Part shown: positions 20,442 through 30,455 of the stretch, one piece after another
Numbering within the stretch: the first letter of the stretch is position 1
Layout of the letters: every line of letters starts with the position of its first letter
Assembly (NCBI GenBank): GCA_039802605.1
Contig: JBDRWW010000004.1
Span: forward strand, 32,001-96,000
Source: a candidate division WOR-3 bacterium
GTDB lineage: Bacteria > Hydrothermota > Hydrothermia > LBFQ01
Direction: 5' to 3'
Length of the DNA: 64,000 bases
Translations under genes and position numbers: made by a program
The notes under the pieces: model-generated
Database searches by the model: none
The model's input: only the letters and a program-made list of their open reading frames with translations
What the model was told of the DNA's origin: nothing

Positions 20442-20570
20442 GGGTGGATATTATAAGTCTTGGATATAAGGGAAGACTAAACTATTAAAATAGAACAAAT
20501 GTACCCTGCTTGGGTTCCGCTTTACGCGAACAATATACCGTTTACGGGAACACCAACAATTGTGCAAGGC

Positions 20571-20598
20571 AGATTAATCTATTATAATAGATCAATCT
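20571..20598. repeat. 28-bp near-perfect palindrome in a divergent intergenic region
   Basis: AGATTAATCTATTATAATAGATCAATCT, one mismatched pair. Confidence 0.75.
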
Positions 20599-20681
20599 TT
20601 GCTCTACTATAACCGAATAACACCCCATAACCAATGAAAGGCCATATTTCCAACACTGCGGATTTAGAATATCCGGAAATT

Positions 20682-21668
20682 ATGGACATAAAAAATGTAG
20701 CCTTTATAATGGCGGGGGGAAAGGGTGAAAGGCTTTGGCCGTTATCAACAGAGGAAAGACCTAAACAGCTTATACCCCTGTTAAACGGAAAAAGCCTCTT
20801 AGATTTGGCCGTAGAAAGGGTTGGGGATTTGGCGGAAGTGATAATTTTAACAAATAAAAAAATAGCGGATAAAATTAAGGGAAACTTTAAAACCTTTGTT
20901 GAATCCATACCCAAAAACACGGCCCCGGCTCTAATATACGCCACATATAAAGTACATAAAGAATACGGAAACACCCTTATAGCAGCCCTACCCTCGGATC
21001 ATTACATTGGAGATATTGAAAACTTCAGACAAACCCTTAAAAATGCTTACGAATACGCTTACAAAACCAAGCATATAATAACCTTTGGCATAAAACCTAC
21101 ATATCCGCATACGGGGTATGGATACATTGAGAGGGGGGAAAGGTTTGAAGGCAACATTTACAAAGTAAAAAAATTCCACGAGAAACCGGATAAGGAAAAG
21201 GCGGAAGAGTATATAAAGTCGGGTAATTTCTATTGGAATTCGGGAATGTTTGTTTGGGAAAGCGAAGCATTTCTCGAAATAGTTAAGGATGTGGCGCCGG
21301 AAATATACGGAATATTGGATTTGAACGAAGGGGAATTCTTTGAAAGATCTCCTGAAATATCCATAGACTATGCGGTTATGGAAAAAACCAACAGGATAAT
21401 GGTTATAGAGGCAAACTTTAAATGGCTTGATGTGGGTTCTTATAGGAGTTTATACGAGATCTTGCCCAAGGATGAAAGGGAAAACGCTTACAGGAATATT
21501 AAACCCTTTGTTATAAACTCCTCAAAGAATTTAAGCATAGCGGAAAAAGAGGTCGTTTTAATCGGTGTTGAGGGGGTTGCGGTGGTTGAGACGGAAAACA
21601 TAATAATGGTTTTAAAACTTGAAAAGGATCAGGATGTTAGAGAGGCGGCGAGGAGGTTCAAAAAATGA
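20682..21668 (+). CDS. manC: Mannose-1-phosphate guanylyltransferase
   Basis: IMAGGKGERLWPLS...PKQ, NTAPA, PSDH, YWNSGMF, SIDYAVME; start moved to ATG 20682 after TAGAAT. Confidence 0.92.
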   Translation: MDIKNVAFIMAGGKGERLWPLSTEERPKQLIPLLNGKSLLDLAVERVGDLAEVIILTNKKIADKIKGNFKTFVESIPKNTAPALIYATYKVHKEYGNTLIAALPSDHYIGDIENFRQTLKNAYEYAYKTKHIITFGIKPTYPHTGYGYIERGERFEGNIYKVKKFHEKPDKEKAEEYIKSGNFYWNSGMFVWESEAFLEIVKDVAPEIYGILDLNEGEFFERSPEISIDYAVMEKTNRIMVIEANFKWLDVGSYRSLYEILPKDERENAYRNIKPFVINSSKNLSIAEKEVVLIGVEGVAVVETENIIMVLKLEKDQDVREAARRFKK

Positions 21669-22798
21669 AAATAGGAACTATATGCGTGCATGCGGGACTT
21701 GAACCGGATGAAACAACGGGTGCAATATCCCCCCCAATATATCAAACATCAACATATGTTCAGGATGAGCCCGGAAAACCCAAAAGGGGTAAATACGAGT
21801 ATAGTAGAACAATAAATCCCACAAGGGAAAGGCTTGAAGAGGCGATCGCCAAACTCGAAGGGGTAAAATACGGTTTGGCCTTCTCATCGGGTATGGCCGC
21901 AATTGATACGGTATTAAAAAACCTTGAAGTGGGCTCTACCGTTTTGTGCGAGGAGGATGCATACGGGGGAACAAAGAGGATATTGAACTATTATCAAAGA
22001 AGGGGTTATTTAAGGGTGTATTATTTGGATTTTAAGGATTACGAAAACTTGGCATTGGCGGTGGAAACCCTAAAACCGAATATAATATGGTTTGAAACAC
22101 CAACAAACCCATTAATGAAGGTAATAAACATAAAAAGGGTGGTTGATATAAGGGATGTAAAAAGTCCGAAGAGTTTAATAGTGGTTGATAATACATTTGC
22201 ATCGCCCATTATACAAAGGCCTGCGGATTACGGGGTTGATATAATAATACACAGCGGAACGAAGTATTTGGCGGGGCATAGCGATGTGGTCATAGGTTTG
22301 ATCGCAACGGATAAAGAAGAGATTTACAAAGAACTGAAATTTTTACAGAATGCGGCGGGTGCGGTTCCTGGCCCATTTGACTGCTTTTTAACCCTTAGGG
22401 GTATAAGGACATTACATTTAAGGGTTAAAGCCCATAGCGAAAACGCATACGAAGTTGCGCAATTTCTAAAAGGGCATCCTAAGGTTGAAAGGGTTTATTA
22501 TCCGGCATTTGATGAAGATGCAAAGGGTCAAATGGCGATGTTTGGGGGTATGCTATCGGTTAGGTTTAAAGATGAAGATACCGCTTTAAAGTTTGTAAAG
22601 GGTTTAAAACTGTTTTTCATTGCGGAAAGTCTTGGGGGTGTTGAAAGTTTGGTATCAATACCCGCCTTAATGACCCATGCCTCCCTACCCTACGAGGAAA
22701 GGATTAAAAGGGGCATAGATGAACGGCTTGTAAGGTTGTCGGTGGGGGTTGAGGATAAGGGGGATATTTTAGAGGATATTAAAAATGCTTTAACTTAA
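21665..22798 (+). CDS. Cystathionine gamma-lyase/synthase (Cys/Met metabolism PLP enzyme)
   Basis: PPIYQTSTY, YEYSR, ETPTNP, DNTFA, HSGTKYLAGHSD, ESLGGVES. Confidence 0.93.
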   Translation: MKIGTICVHAGLEPDETTGAISPPIYQTSTYVQDEPGKPKRGKYEYSRTINPTRERLEEAIAKLEGVKYGLAFSSGMAAIDTVLKNLEVGSTVLCEEDAYGGTKRILNYYQRRGYLRVYYLDFKDYENLALAVETLKPNIIWFETPTNPLMKVINIKRVVDIRDVKSPKSLIVVDNTFASPIIQRPADYGVDIIIHSGTKYLAGHSDVVIGLIATDKEEIYKELKFLQNAAGAVPGPFDCFLTLRGIRTLHLRVKAHSENAYEVAQFLKGHPKVERVYYPAFDEDAKGQMAMFGGMLSVRFKDEDTALKFVKGLKLFFIAESLGGVESLVSIPALMTHASLPYEERIKRGIDERLVRLSVGVEDKGDILEDIKNALT

Positions 22799-22845
22799 CA
22801 GCGGGGGTGTTCAAAGTAGTCGGTTTATTGCGTTGAAAGGGGCAG

Positions 22846-23086
22846 ATGGATATATACCACGAGGCCGTTTTATCCTTCGCAAGTGAGTACATAAATAGGC
22901 TTGTTAATCATAATGCCTTTGAGCGGGGGCGATCAAAACACTTTACAAAATCAACTTATACGGCTTTATTATTCTTACCCTATGAAAAGGGGGGATACGG
23001 TTAAAATGTTAAGGGGTTTGAATGAAGTTAAAAACGAGGAATTGGGCGACTTAAAGGAGGAGGTTAAGGATATGGTTTTAAAATAG
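22846..23086 (+). pseudogene. Probable frameshifted gene remnant at the left flank of the island
   Basis: ATG 22846 (MDIYHEAVLSFASEYINR) and an overlapping frame ending ...EEVKDMVLK at 23086; host-like codons; no recognisable family. Confidence 0.35.
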
Positions 23087-23097
23087 GAGGTTGAGGT

Positions 23098-26000
23098 ATG
23101 AGGATAATAAGCGGTAAATCTTTAAGGAAGATATTAGCAAAAGGGCGCTCAGGCTATGATTTGGATTTTGTGGGTTATGAGCACAAAGGTAAATACGGCT
23201 TTTTCAACTTTATGCACGGTGAGAAAGATGATATAAGGAACTATTTAGAGAGTATATTAAAGACGGCTAACGATGATCAGGTTATAGATGAATTTATACA
23301 AAACGCCTTTGATGCTAATGCAACGAAGGTTTATATAATCCTCATTGAAGAAAAATACCTATTGGTTATAAACAACGGTAAAAAGTTTAAAATTCAAGAG
23401 ATAAAGAATATCCTAAACATAGGGCAGAGTGAGAAGTCAAAGGATTGTAGCAAGATAGGTAAGTTTGGGATAGGTTTTAAGTTGATTCATAGGCTTGTAG
23501 GCTCTGGGACGGGTATAAACGAAATTATGAATTACAAAGGGCCTATAATGTTCTCTTGGAATAACGGTGGTTTATGTAAAATCGTAGGAAAAACACCAGA
23601 GGATATTTTGAATTACATACAAGACTGTCCAGAGGATATATTGAATTACCTACAATACTGTAAAAACGAAAAAAAAATTGTGGATTACCAATTCCTTTTC
23701 AAGTTCATACTAACAGCATTCCCTACAACACCCGGCGAGATCGTGAAAGATTTAAAATATAAAGAGGATGAACTTTTTAAAAAAGATGAGTTTGAAACTT
23801 TCTTAAATGTTGTAAGGAAAGCTATAGGAAAACAACATATAAACTTTGAAGAGGGCAGTTTGTTTTTTGTCGAAGTTCCGAAAGAAAAGATGGAAATCTT
23901 GGAAAAAAACAAACAAAATATACAAGATGCCTTGGAGTATTCCCTTGCTATAATATCAAAACACTACTCTAAGAACAACTTGGAGGTTTTTCTTTTTGAT
24001 CAAAAAATAACACCACCAAAGAATGTTAAAGTTGTTGATATAAGTGGGAATGAAAAAACTGATGATAATTGTGATGAAAAGACATACCTAATATATCCCG
24101 TTGATGGTAATAAGCCGAACTTTTACCTATTTTTCCCGGTTAGAGATGAAAGGCATAAATGGAATATAGCATTGCATTCAAATCTGTTTAAAACCCAATC
24201 AAACAGGACAAAGTTAGATAATACTTGTTATCCAGAAATAGATTATGTTCTTGATAGGGTATTAAGGGTATTAAGAAATAACCAAAACAAAGACCTGCTA
24301 AAAGCGATAATACAAAGCAATATATGCGATGCAAATTGCCAAATATGTGAAAAGTTTAAAGTGTTTGTGAGTAAAGTTCTTAAGATATGGCCGACTTATG
24401 ATTGTGATCCGGATAATTTGACGCCATTAAATCAAACCGGAAAAAATCCTGCTATAAAGGACAGTGATGTAAATATCAAACCACCGGATGGTTATGTATG
24501 GCTTTGGGATGACAATGGTAATTTAAGGGCTAATTTGGAAGCATGGCTTAATAAAACCGGGGAAAAATATTATAAGATGCATATAGTTGATATATTGGAC
24601 AAACATTATAAACTGAGAATAAACGATATAACGCGAGTCCTATGCACAGAAAATTATGTAGATGAGATAAATAAAATACACAATGAGATGGTTCAATTGC
24701 TTAATACATCAAAAGTGCAATCCAAAGATATAATTAAAACTTTTGATAACTGGAACATTTTGGCTTTTCAAAATTCATCAAATCAAACAGATTTTTTGAA
24801 TATATCGGGTTATCATCAAAAAATTAACCAAGGATACATTGTTTTGAGCAAGGGACATCCCGAAACCCAAGAAATAAAAAAGTTAATGCAAGGTTTTTGG
24901 ATAGCCGAAATTCCGGAAGATATATTCTCAAAGTTAACAAAGTTAAAAAACAACATGAGGCATTTCATTGATTGGGTAAATTCTCAACAAAGATCTTGGG
25001 ATATTAGCTCAAAAAAGGAAATCCTTCAAATTTGTATAAATATTTCGGATCAAAAAATAAGTAGTGGGTATTGGGGTGGTTATACAAGCAATACAATTAG
25101 GGATTTAAAAATTTTTAAGAGTGCTAACGGGCAAACCAAACCCCTTAGAGAATTAATACAACATAGTGGAAAAAACTGGTTAAACGATTGGATAATGGAT
25201 AAAAATGAGTATATTCAAGTTCAGGGCTTGGTAGATCAATACCTTATGACCGATGAGGAGATTTATGATAATATATATGTAAATAAATTATCGGAATTTA
25301 TTCAAAACTCAAGTAATGCTAATGATATTTTAGACGATGCTTTTGCTTTATATCAAAAAATTACAAACAAACAACCTTGTCAGGGTTTCAGCAATAAGTA
25401 TTACCATAGGAAACTTAATAATAATGTTATTAGTGCCCTTAAAAAACTTGGCATAAATGTTATAGAAGACTATGTGTTTAATTGGATAAATGGGGATAAA
25501 CAAAAAGAAAATATGCTGGGGTTAAACCAATATCACCAGCAATTATCAAATTACTTGATTAACAATAACAATAACTTCACTCTTCAACAAAGTCAAATAA
25601 ACCAAAACGAGTTTCAAAACTTGATAGATTTCCTTTCGCAAACGGGAGATAGCAGCTTTTTCCAGCATTACATCTTTGAAGAGAATAATTATCAATATAC
25701 CCTAATCAAGAAGGGGAATAATGAACAGGTTTATTTGGGGGAAAATATAAACCCGCAATTAAAGAGTTTTCTCAAACAAAACCACATATATGTTATAGAA
25801 AATCAAAACATTAGTCAATATATTGGAAACATTGGAATAAAAAAGGGTAAAAAGGAAATTGTTGAAAAATTAAACATAACAGTTGATATTACATACAATA
25901 ACGGTAATATAACCGAAATTTATGTGAAGGGGAGTAATAATTCTCCCCTAAATTGGGAAAACAATCAAAACAACAATAAAGATGCCATAGCACAACTTTT

Positions 26001-26832
26001 GGAATGGATTATAATCAACTGGAATAAAAATTGGAAACAAAAAATAAATATAAACTCTCAAAATTTAACCAATTACTCAAGTAAGCAGTTTAAAAATAGA
26101 AAATGGGAAAATTTGGGCTTGGATATAAATCAAATAATAATTACCCAACAAAACTTCAATACTAATGACTTCTCTCAGGTTTTGGCGGGATTTATAGGAA
26201 ATAACAATTTACAGCAAGATATAAACAACAACTTCTTTGATCCTATTGAATTGGAAGATAATGAAATTTACAGTCAAATACGAAATCCAGACAACGACCA
26301 CCAAAAGGTTTTTGTTCTGTTGTATGAGTTGGAAAATAATAATGTATCACAATCCAAATTTACGAATAACCAAATTCAAAAATTAAACATAAATTCAAAT
26401 TCGGGGTTAGAAATAGACAAAATTAAAGAAGAAATTAGGGTTTTATCTAACGAAAGTAAAATTCCACCTATGATAATTGAACCGTTTTTAAAAGAAAGTA
26501 TTATTATCCACTACCCTGTAAATGGAGATAATGAAAAGAAAAAGCTTATGAAAAAACTCTACGAAGAATGGAAAAACATAAAACCTGGTAAAATAAACTT
26601 TGTTTGCAATTGGAAAAATAAAAGTTGCGAATGCGGATTTAATGATTTTGAGAAATACATATACCCTGACGATTTGGCAATTGAAACCGAGAAAATACCA
26701 GACTGGCTAAGGGTTAATAACAATAATAATGATTTTAAAGAGTTCTTAAAAGTTTTAGGGGTAAGGGTTAAGGATAAAAATGAGGATGATGAGGTTAAAT
26801 TAAGGAAGAAAATAAAGGAAAAGGAGGTGTAA
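23098..26832 (+). CDS. Large sacsin-like GHKL ATPase protein (1244 aa)
   Basis: N-box EFIQNAFDA (about 23290), NNGKKF, NIGQSEK, G2 IGKFGIGFK (about 23455), then YLFFPV...LHSNLF..QSNRTKL as in sacsin/Nov; strong SD AGGAGG; Asn/Gln-rich remainder. Confidence 0.8.
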   Translation: MRIISGKSLRKILAKGRSGYDLDFVGYEHKGKYGFFNFMHGEKDDIRNYLESILKTANDDQVIDEFIQNAFDANATKVYIILIEEKYLLVINNGKKFKIQEIKNILNIGQSEKSKDCSKIGKFGIGFKLIHRLVGSGTGINEIMNYKGPIMFSWNNGGLCKIVGKTPEDILNYIQDCPEDILNYLQYCKNEKKIVDYQFLFKFILTAFPTTPGEIVKDLKYKEDELFKKDEFETFLNVVRKAIGKQHINFEEGSLFFVEVPKEKMEILEKNKQNIQDALEYSLAIISKHYSKNNLEVFLFDQKITPPKNVKVVDISGNEKTDDNCDEKTYLIYPVDGNKPNFYLFFPVRDERHKWNIALHSNLFKTQSNRTKLDNTCYPEIDYVLDRVLRVLRNNQNKDLLKAIIQSNICDANCQICEKFKVFVSKVLKIWPTYDCDPDNLTPLNQTGKNPAIKDSDVNIKPPDGYVWLWDDNGNLRANLEAWLNKTGEKYYKMHIVDILDKHYKLRINDITRVLCTENYVDEINKIHNEMVQLLNTSKVQSKDIIKTFDNWNILAFQNSSNQTDFLNISGYHQKINQGYIVLSKGHPETQEIKKLMQGFWIAEIPEDIFSKLTKLKNNMRHFIDWVNSQQRSWDISSKKEILQICINISDQKISSGYWGGYTSNTIRDLKIFKSANGQTKPLRELIQHSGKNWLNDWIMDKNEYIQVQGLVDQYLMTDEEIYDNIYVNKLSEFIQNSSNANDILDDAFALYQKITNKQPCQGFSNKYYHRKLNNNVISALKKLGINVIEDYVFNWINGDKQKENMLGLNQYHQQLSNYLINNNNNFTLQQSQINQNEFQNLIDFLSQTGDSSFFQHYIFEENNYQYTLIKKGNNEQVYLGENINPQLKSFLKQNHIYVIENQNISQYIGNIGIKKGKKEIVEKLNITVDITYNNGNITEIYVKGSNNSPLNWENNQNNNKDAIAQLLEWIIINWNKNWKQKININSQNLTNYSSKQFKNRKWENLGLDINQIIITQQNFNTNDFSQVLAGFIGNNNLQQDINNNFFDPIELEDNEIYSQIRNPDNDHQKVFVLLYELENNNVSQSKFTNNQIQKLNINSNSGLEIDKIKEEIRVLSNESKIPPMIIEPFLKESIIIHYPVNGDNEKKKLMKKLYEEWKNIKPGKINFVCNWKNKSCECGFNDFEKYIYPDDLAIETEKIPDWLRVNNNNNDFKEFLKVLGVRVKDKNEDDEVKLRKKIKEKEV
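23596..23661 (+). repeat. In-frame 33-bp tandem duplication (PEDILNYIQDC / PEDILNYLQYC)
   Basis: ccagaggatattttgaattacatacaagactgt then ccagaggatatattgaattacctacaatactgt. Confidence 0.9.
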
Positions 26833-26833
26833 T

Positions 26834-29800
26834 ATGAGTTGGCAAAACACCATTCAATGGCTTAAAGACAAAACCGTTAAAATGGATATAAAAGATAATG
26901 ATGAGATTTTAGAACTTTTATCCAAATGTTTGAATTCGCAGGGCCAAAATCAAAATATCGTCGTTCCTGTCCTTACCCAAAAAAACGGGATCTTGGCATA
27001 TAGGTTTGAAGAAATAAAAACAAATGATGACTATATTTTTTATACAGATGAAGATTTGAATAGCTTAGGCTTGGATGAAAATGTATTATTACAAAGTTTA
27101 AACAACACTAAACTCGTATGGGCTGGAAAGGATAACCAAAGCAAAAACTGGAAAAGTTTGCTTGATAATCAAAAAGATATAAATTCCCTTGTTCAACCGA
27201 GTAAAAACCACTTAGATAGCAACTTACCCAATGATGTTTTAAACAATAACAATATAAACAATATATACATTTACGATGGCCGGATATACTTAAACATCAA
27301 AGGTGTTGATATACCTTCAAATAAAAACCATATACCTCTAAATGGAAATAATTTATACAAAAACGATAACGAGTTTAAAGATATATGGGATTATATTGGA
27401 CAAAATCTATATCCAGACTTCTCTCCGGATGATTCCAGCATTAATAGCAGCCTTGATGCCGAGGTGGTTAAAGAGTATATGAAACAGAAGAAAAAGGACA
27501 TTATTATCTTCAATGGCAGTATAAAAATAAAGGATAAGAACGGCAAGATTTACACGATTTCAAAAGACGAAGTAGTATTTGGAAATGCAGTATATTATAA
27601 GGATTTATTAACTTGTAAAACTAAAAATAACATAACTTATAATGACCCAATAACATTTGCCATTCAAAACAACATTTTCACACCAAATGTTATTATTCAA
27701 GGATTTAATAAAAATAACGCGTCTGCCTTCTTACAGCAATTACAAAAACATAAGGTTGAAGTCCTGAAAGTCATAGAAGGGAAAGTTGAAAATCTTTCCC
27801 ACAACAAACTTTCCATCGAATTAACCGTTGAATGGCTTTTCTGGGCTACAATATGGGAATATTTGGAAACATATATAACTCCACGAAAACTAAAAATTAC
27901 ATCAAACTATATATATTATGAAAACCAAAACAAAATCGTTATACCTATGGATTATAAGGTTGGTATTGAAGAAATTGAGATTAAATACTTAGAATTATAC
28001 TTACTCGGAAATGTTAAACTTTATTCCGCTAATCAGGGAATTGATAACTTGGGTTGGAATAATGACGGTTTGGCTTTACAAATACAACCAAATTGGACGG
28101 GGGGAGATATACCGGATAAACTAAATTGTGGTGGTGCAAGCTATGATTTGGCGATTAACAATAAGGGCGAAATAGTTGTAAAAAACAATCCTCAACTTTC
28201 TGGAATAGGAACAATTAACGGGGTTCAAGTTAAAGTAAATAACGGAAAAGTTGAAATGCATAATAACAAACCGATACCCTTAAAAATCTTTGCAAAAATT
28301 GAATACAATGCAAGCCAGATTTTTAGGGATATAGTGGTTAATTACTTTTCGGGGATAATAAACACATCCGTTTGGCAAAGTAAAATTTCCGAGGAAATCG
28401 CTAAAATTATAAATCAAGCTCCCAACAACGGAAACCAAAGCAACCCACCATTCGTTTGGGGACCACCGGCAACCGGAAAAACCACATATTTGGCAAATAG
28501 AATAATTGATTACCTTAATAATGGTAAAAAGGTAATAGCCCTTACACCCACAAATAAGGCGGCGGATGTGTTAATAGAAAGAATTTTAAGTGAAAACCCG
28601 TCCGCAAATGCTTATAGGTTCCCAAACACAAGATCCAATAATCCAAATGTACATCAAAAAATTCTAAGACGGGATGGTAGCCCCCCATCCCCTCCGTACG
28701 CAATCATAACCACAATCCACAGGTTTATATTTGACAGTATCCAAAATCAGAAACTGGAATCCTTGGATTGGGATGTTGTTATTATTGATGAGGCTTCAAT
28801 GGTTGAATTGCCTTTTGTGTTTTATGTAATTCATAGTTATATAAATAGTTATATAAATAAAAAAGTTGAGTTAATCATAGCGGGGGATCCGGAGCAGTTA
28901 ACCCCCGTGGGTAAAACACCCGGAGAAAAGCGAAACATTAAGGGTTATTCAACGGAAAACATCTATACGGTTTTGGATTTGACTTTTAATAATGTTAATA
29001 TTAATCGTAATAATACACGGGTTAATGTCGGGGTAAAGAGTTTTCAGGTCATACCCTACACACACAAAATAAACAACCAAAACATAAATGTAATAATTTT
29101 AACAGAACAACACAGAAGTGTCCAGGAAATAGGTGAGGTATATAGCCGCTATCGTTATGGAGGGAAATTAACCCATACAAGGGGGTCTTCAAGTGGAAAG
29201 ATAACCATAAACTTTTACAATAACCAAATTACAATATCGCCCATAACGGTAATAGAGTTTGACATTAGTTCCTCGTCCGGAATACCCACAAGTCCCAACG
29301 ATATTGGAAAACTGGAATATTCATCTTATCATCTGTTTTCGGCAGTTTTGGCCGTTGAGTTGGCAAAAGAACTGGAAAATCAATTGAGAGATTACAACAT
29401 AGGTATAATTTCTCCTTATGGAGCTCAGGTAAAGATTATGAGACAATTGGCTGGGCCTTATAGCTTGAGTTTAACGAGAACAACCGTTGATACCGTTCAC
29501 GGTTTTCAAGGAGATGAGAGGGATATTATAATATTAGTAATGAACCCACCTTCTCAAAAACCCGGCCCACACTCACACTTCAACAATCACAGAATAGTGA
29601 ATGTTGGAATAAGCCGTGCGAAGGATTTCTTAATAATATTAAAACCGGCAATTATAACCAATTCCGAAATTGATAATGCTTTAAGCCATGCTCGAAGCCT
29701 TCCAAAAATTAACAGTAATATAGTGAATCAAATAAATAACAAAATAGAAATCTTCAGCCACCTTGAAGTTAATTTATATTCTCAAAGTTTGCTATCTTCC

Positions 29801-29860
29801 ATGACCAAAAATTATATATTCTTCATAGATTGGGATGTGCTGGATATTTTGGTTAAATAG
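26834..29860 (+). CDS. SF1B (UPF1/DNA2-like, AAA_11/AAA_12) helicase with a long unknown N-terminal region (1008 aa)
   Basis: GPPATGKT (about 28460), TPTNKAAD, IIDEASM, GDPEQL, QHRS, ISPYGAQ, TVHGFQGDE, NVGISRAK; SD AAGGAGGT within the end of the upstream gene. Confidence 0.88.
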   Translation: MSWQNTIQWLKDKTVKMDIKDNDEILELLSKCLNSQGQNQNIVVPVLTQKNGILAYRFEEIKTNDDYIFYTDEDLNSLGLDENVLLQSLNNTKLVWAGKDNQSKNWKSLLDNQKDINSLVQPSKNHLDSNLPNDVLNNNNINNIYIYDGRIYLNIKGVDIPSNKNHIPLNGNNLYKNDNEFKDIWDYIGQNLYPDFSPDDSSINSSLDAEVVKEYMKQKKKDIIIFNGSIKIKDKNGKIYTISKDEVVFGNAVYYKDLLTCKTKNNITYNDPITFAIQNNIFTPNVIIQGFNKNNASAFLQQLQKHKVEVLKVIEGKVENLSHNKLSIELTVEWLFWATIWEYLETYITPRKLKITSNYIYYENQNKIVIPMDYKVGIEEIEIKYLELYLLGNVKLYSANQGIDNLGWNNDGLALQIQPNWTGGDIPDKLNCGGASYDLAINNKGEIVVKNNPQLSGIGTINGVQVKVNNGKVEMHNNKPIPLKIFAKIEYNASQIFRDIVVNYFSGIINTSVWQSKISEEIAKIINQAPNNGNQSNPPFVWGPPATGKTTYLANRIIDYLNNGKKVIALTPTNKAADVLIERILSENPSANAYRFPNTRSNNPNVHQKILRRDGSPPSPPYAIITTIHRFIFDSIQNQKLESLDWDVVIIDEASMVELPFVFYVIHSYINSYINKKVELIIAGDPEQLTPVGKTPGEKRNIKGYSTENIYTVLDLTFNNVNINRNNTRVNVGVKSFQVIPYTHKINNQNINVIILTEQHRSVQEIGEVYSRYRYGGKLTHTRGSSSGKITINFYNNQITISPITVIEFDISSSSGIPTSPNDIGKLEYSSYHLFSAVLAVELAKELENQLRDYNIGIISPYGAQVKIMRQLAGPYSLSLTRTTVDTVHGFQGDERDIIILVMNPPSQKPGPHSHFNNHRIVNVGISRAKDFLIILKPAIITNSEIDNALSHARSLPKINSNIVNQINNKIEIFSHLEVNLYSQSLLSSMTKNYIFFIDWDVLDILVK

Positions 29861-29864
29861 CATT

Positions 29865-30406
29865 GCTTTCCTTATAGCGCTAAAGACTATTTCACCCCCA
29901 TCGCTTTTCCTTAGTAAGAGTATTCACCGCAAAAGATTTTTAATTCCTCGCTGAGGCTAACGAATACCTTTTGGTTTGCCACCTTTTCCCAAGGAAAAAC
30001 ATCATCAAAAACCCCTTAGAAGTCCCTTACCCATTGGAGCGCATTATCCAACAAAAAGAAAAGCGGGATAATAATCCCCTTTGTCTATTACCTTCTTTAA
30101 GTGGGCATAGGCTAATATCCTCCTGAAAAATATTTCAAGGGTATAGAGGGTAAAGGAATCGTGAGGATTACCCACACTTGTGGGTATCAACAGTTTTTGT
30201 TCGGGTATCCCCGTATAAAGTGATGTGATATATTTCCGTTTTGCCCGGAATACCAAAGGTATATATCCTTTAAATGCTTTAACACTTTGGGATTTTTTTA
30301 GAAGTTGTTTAAAAGGGTTTTGGCTTTGGAAGATTCATTCATATAAAAATTAAGGCATATTACAGCTATATCCTTTAAGCAGTTTGTCCATGCTCTTGGG
30401 TACCGT
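29865..30406 (-). pseudogene. Decayed gene at the right flank of the island
   Basis: Protein-like text over several frames broken by stops and shifts (LKDIAVICLNF...*, KYITSLYTG...DYYPAF, DNALQWVRDF*GVFDDVFPWEK); TATAAT(30416-21)-N9-ACG suggests a mutated start codon. Confidence 0.5.
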
Positions 30407-30455
30407 AGGGTTGGAATTATAAATCGGAAAACCCCTCAACTTTATAATACCCAGT

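Noticed and set aside
24700..28450. AAC/AAT-rich coding region as a possible diversity-generating retroelement target
   Set aside because: No reverse transcriptase and no TR/VR repeat pair differing at adenines in the window
29865..30421. Possible integrase or transposase remnant at the island edge
   Set aside because: No tyrosine-recombinase or DDE motifs recognisable in any frame
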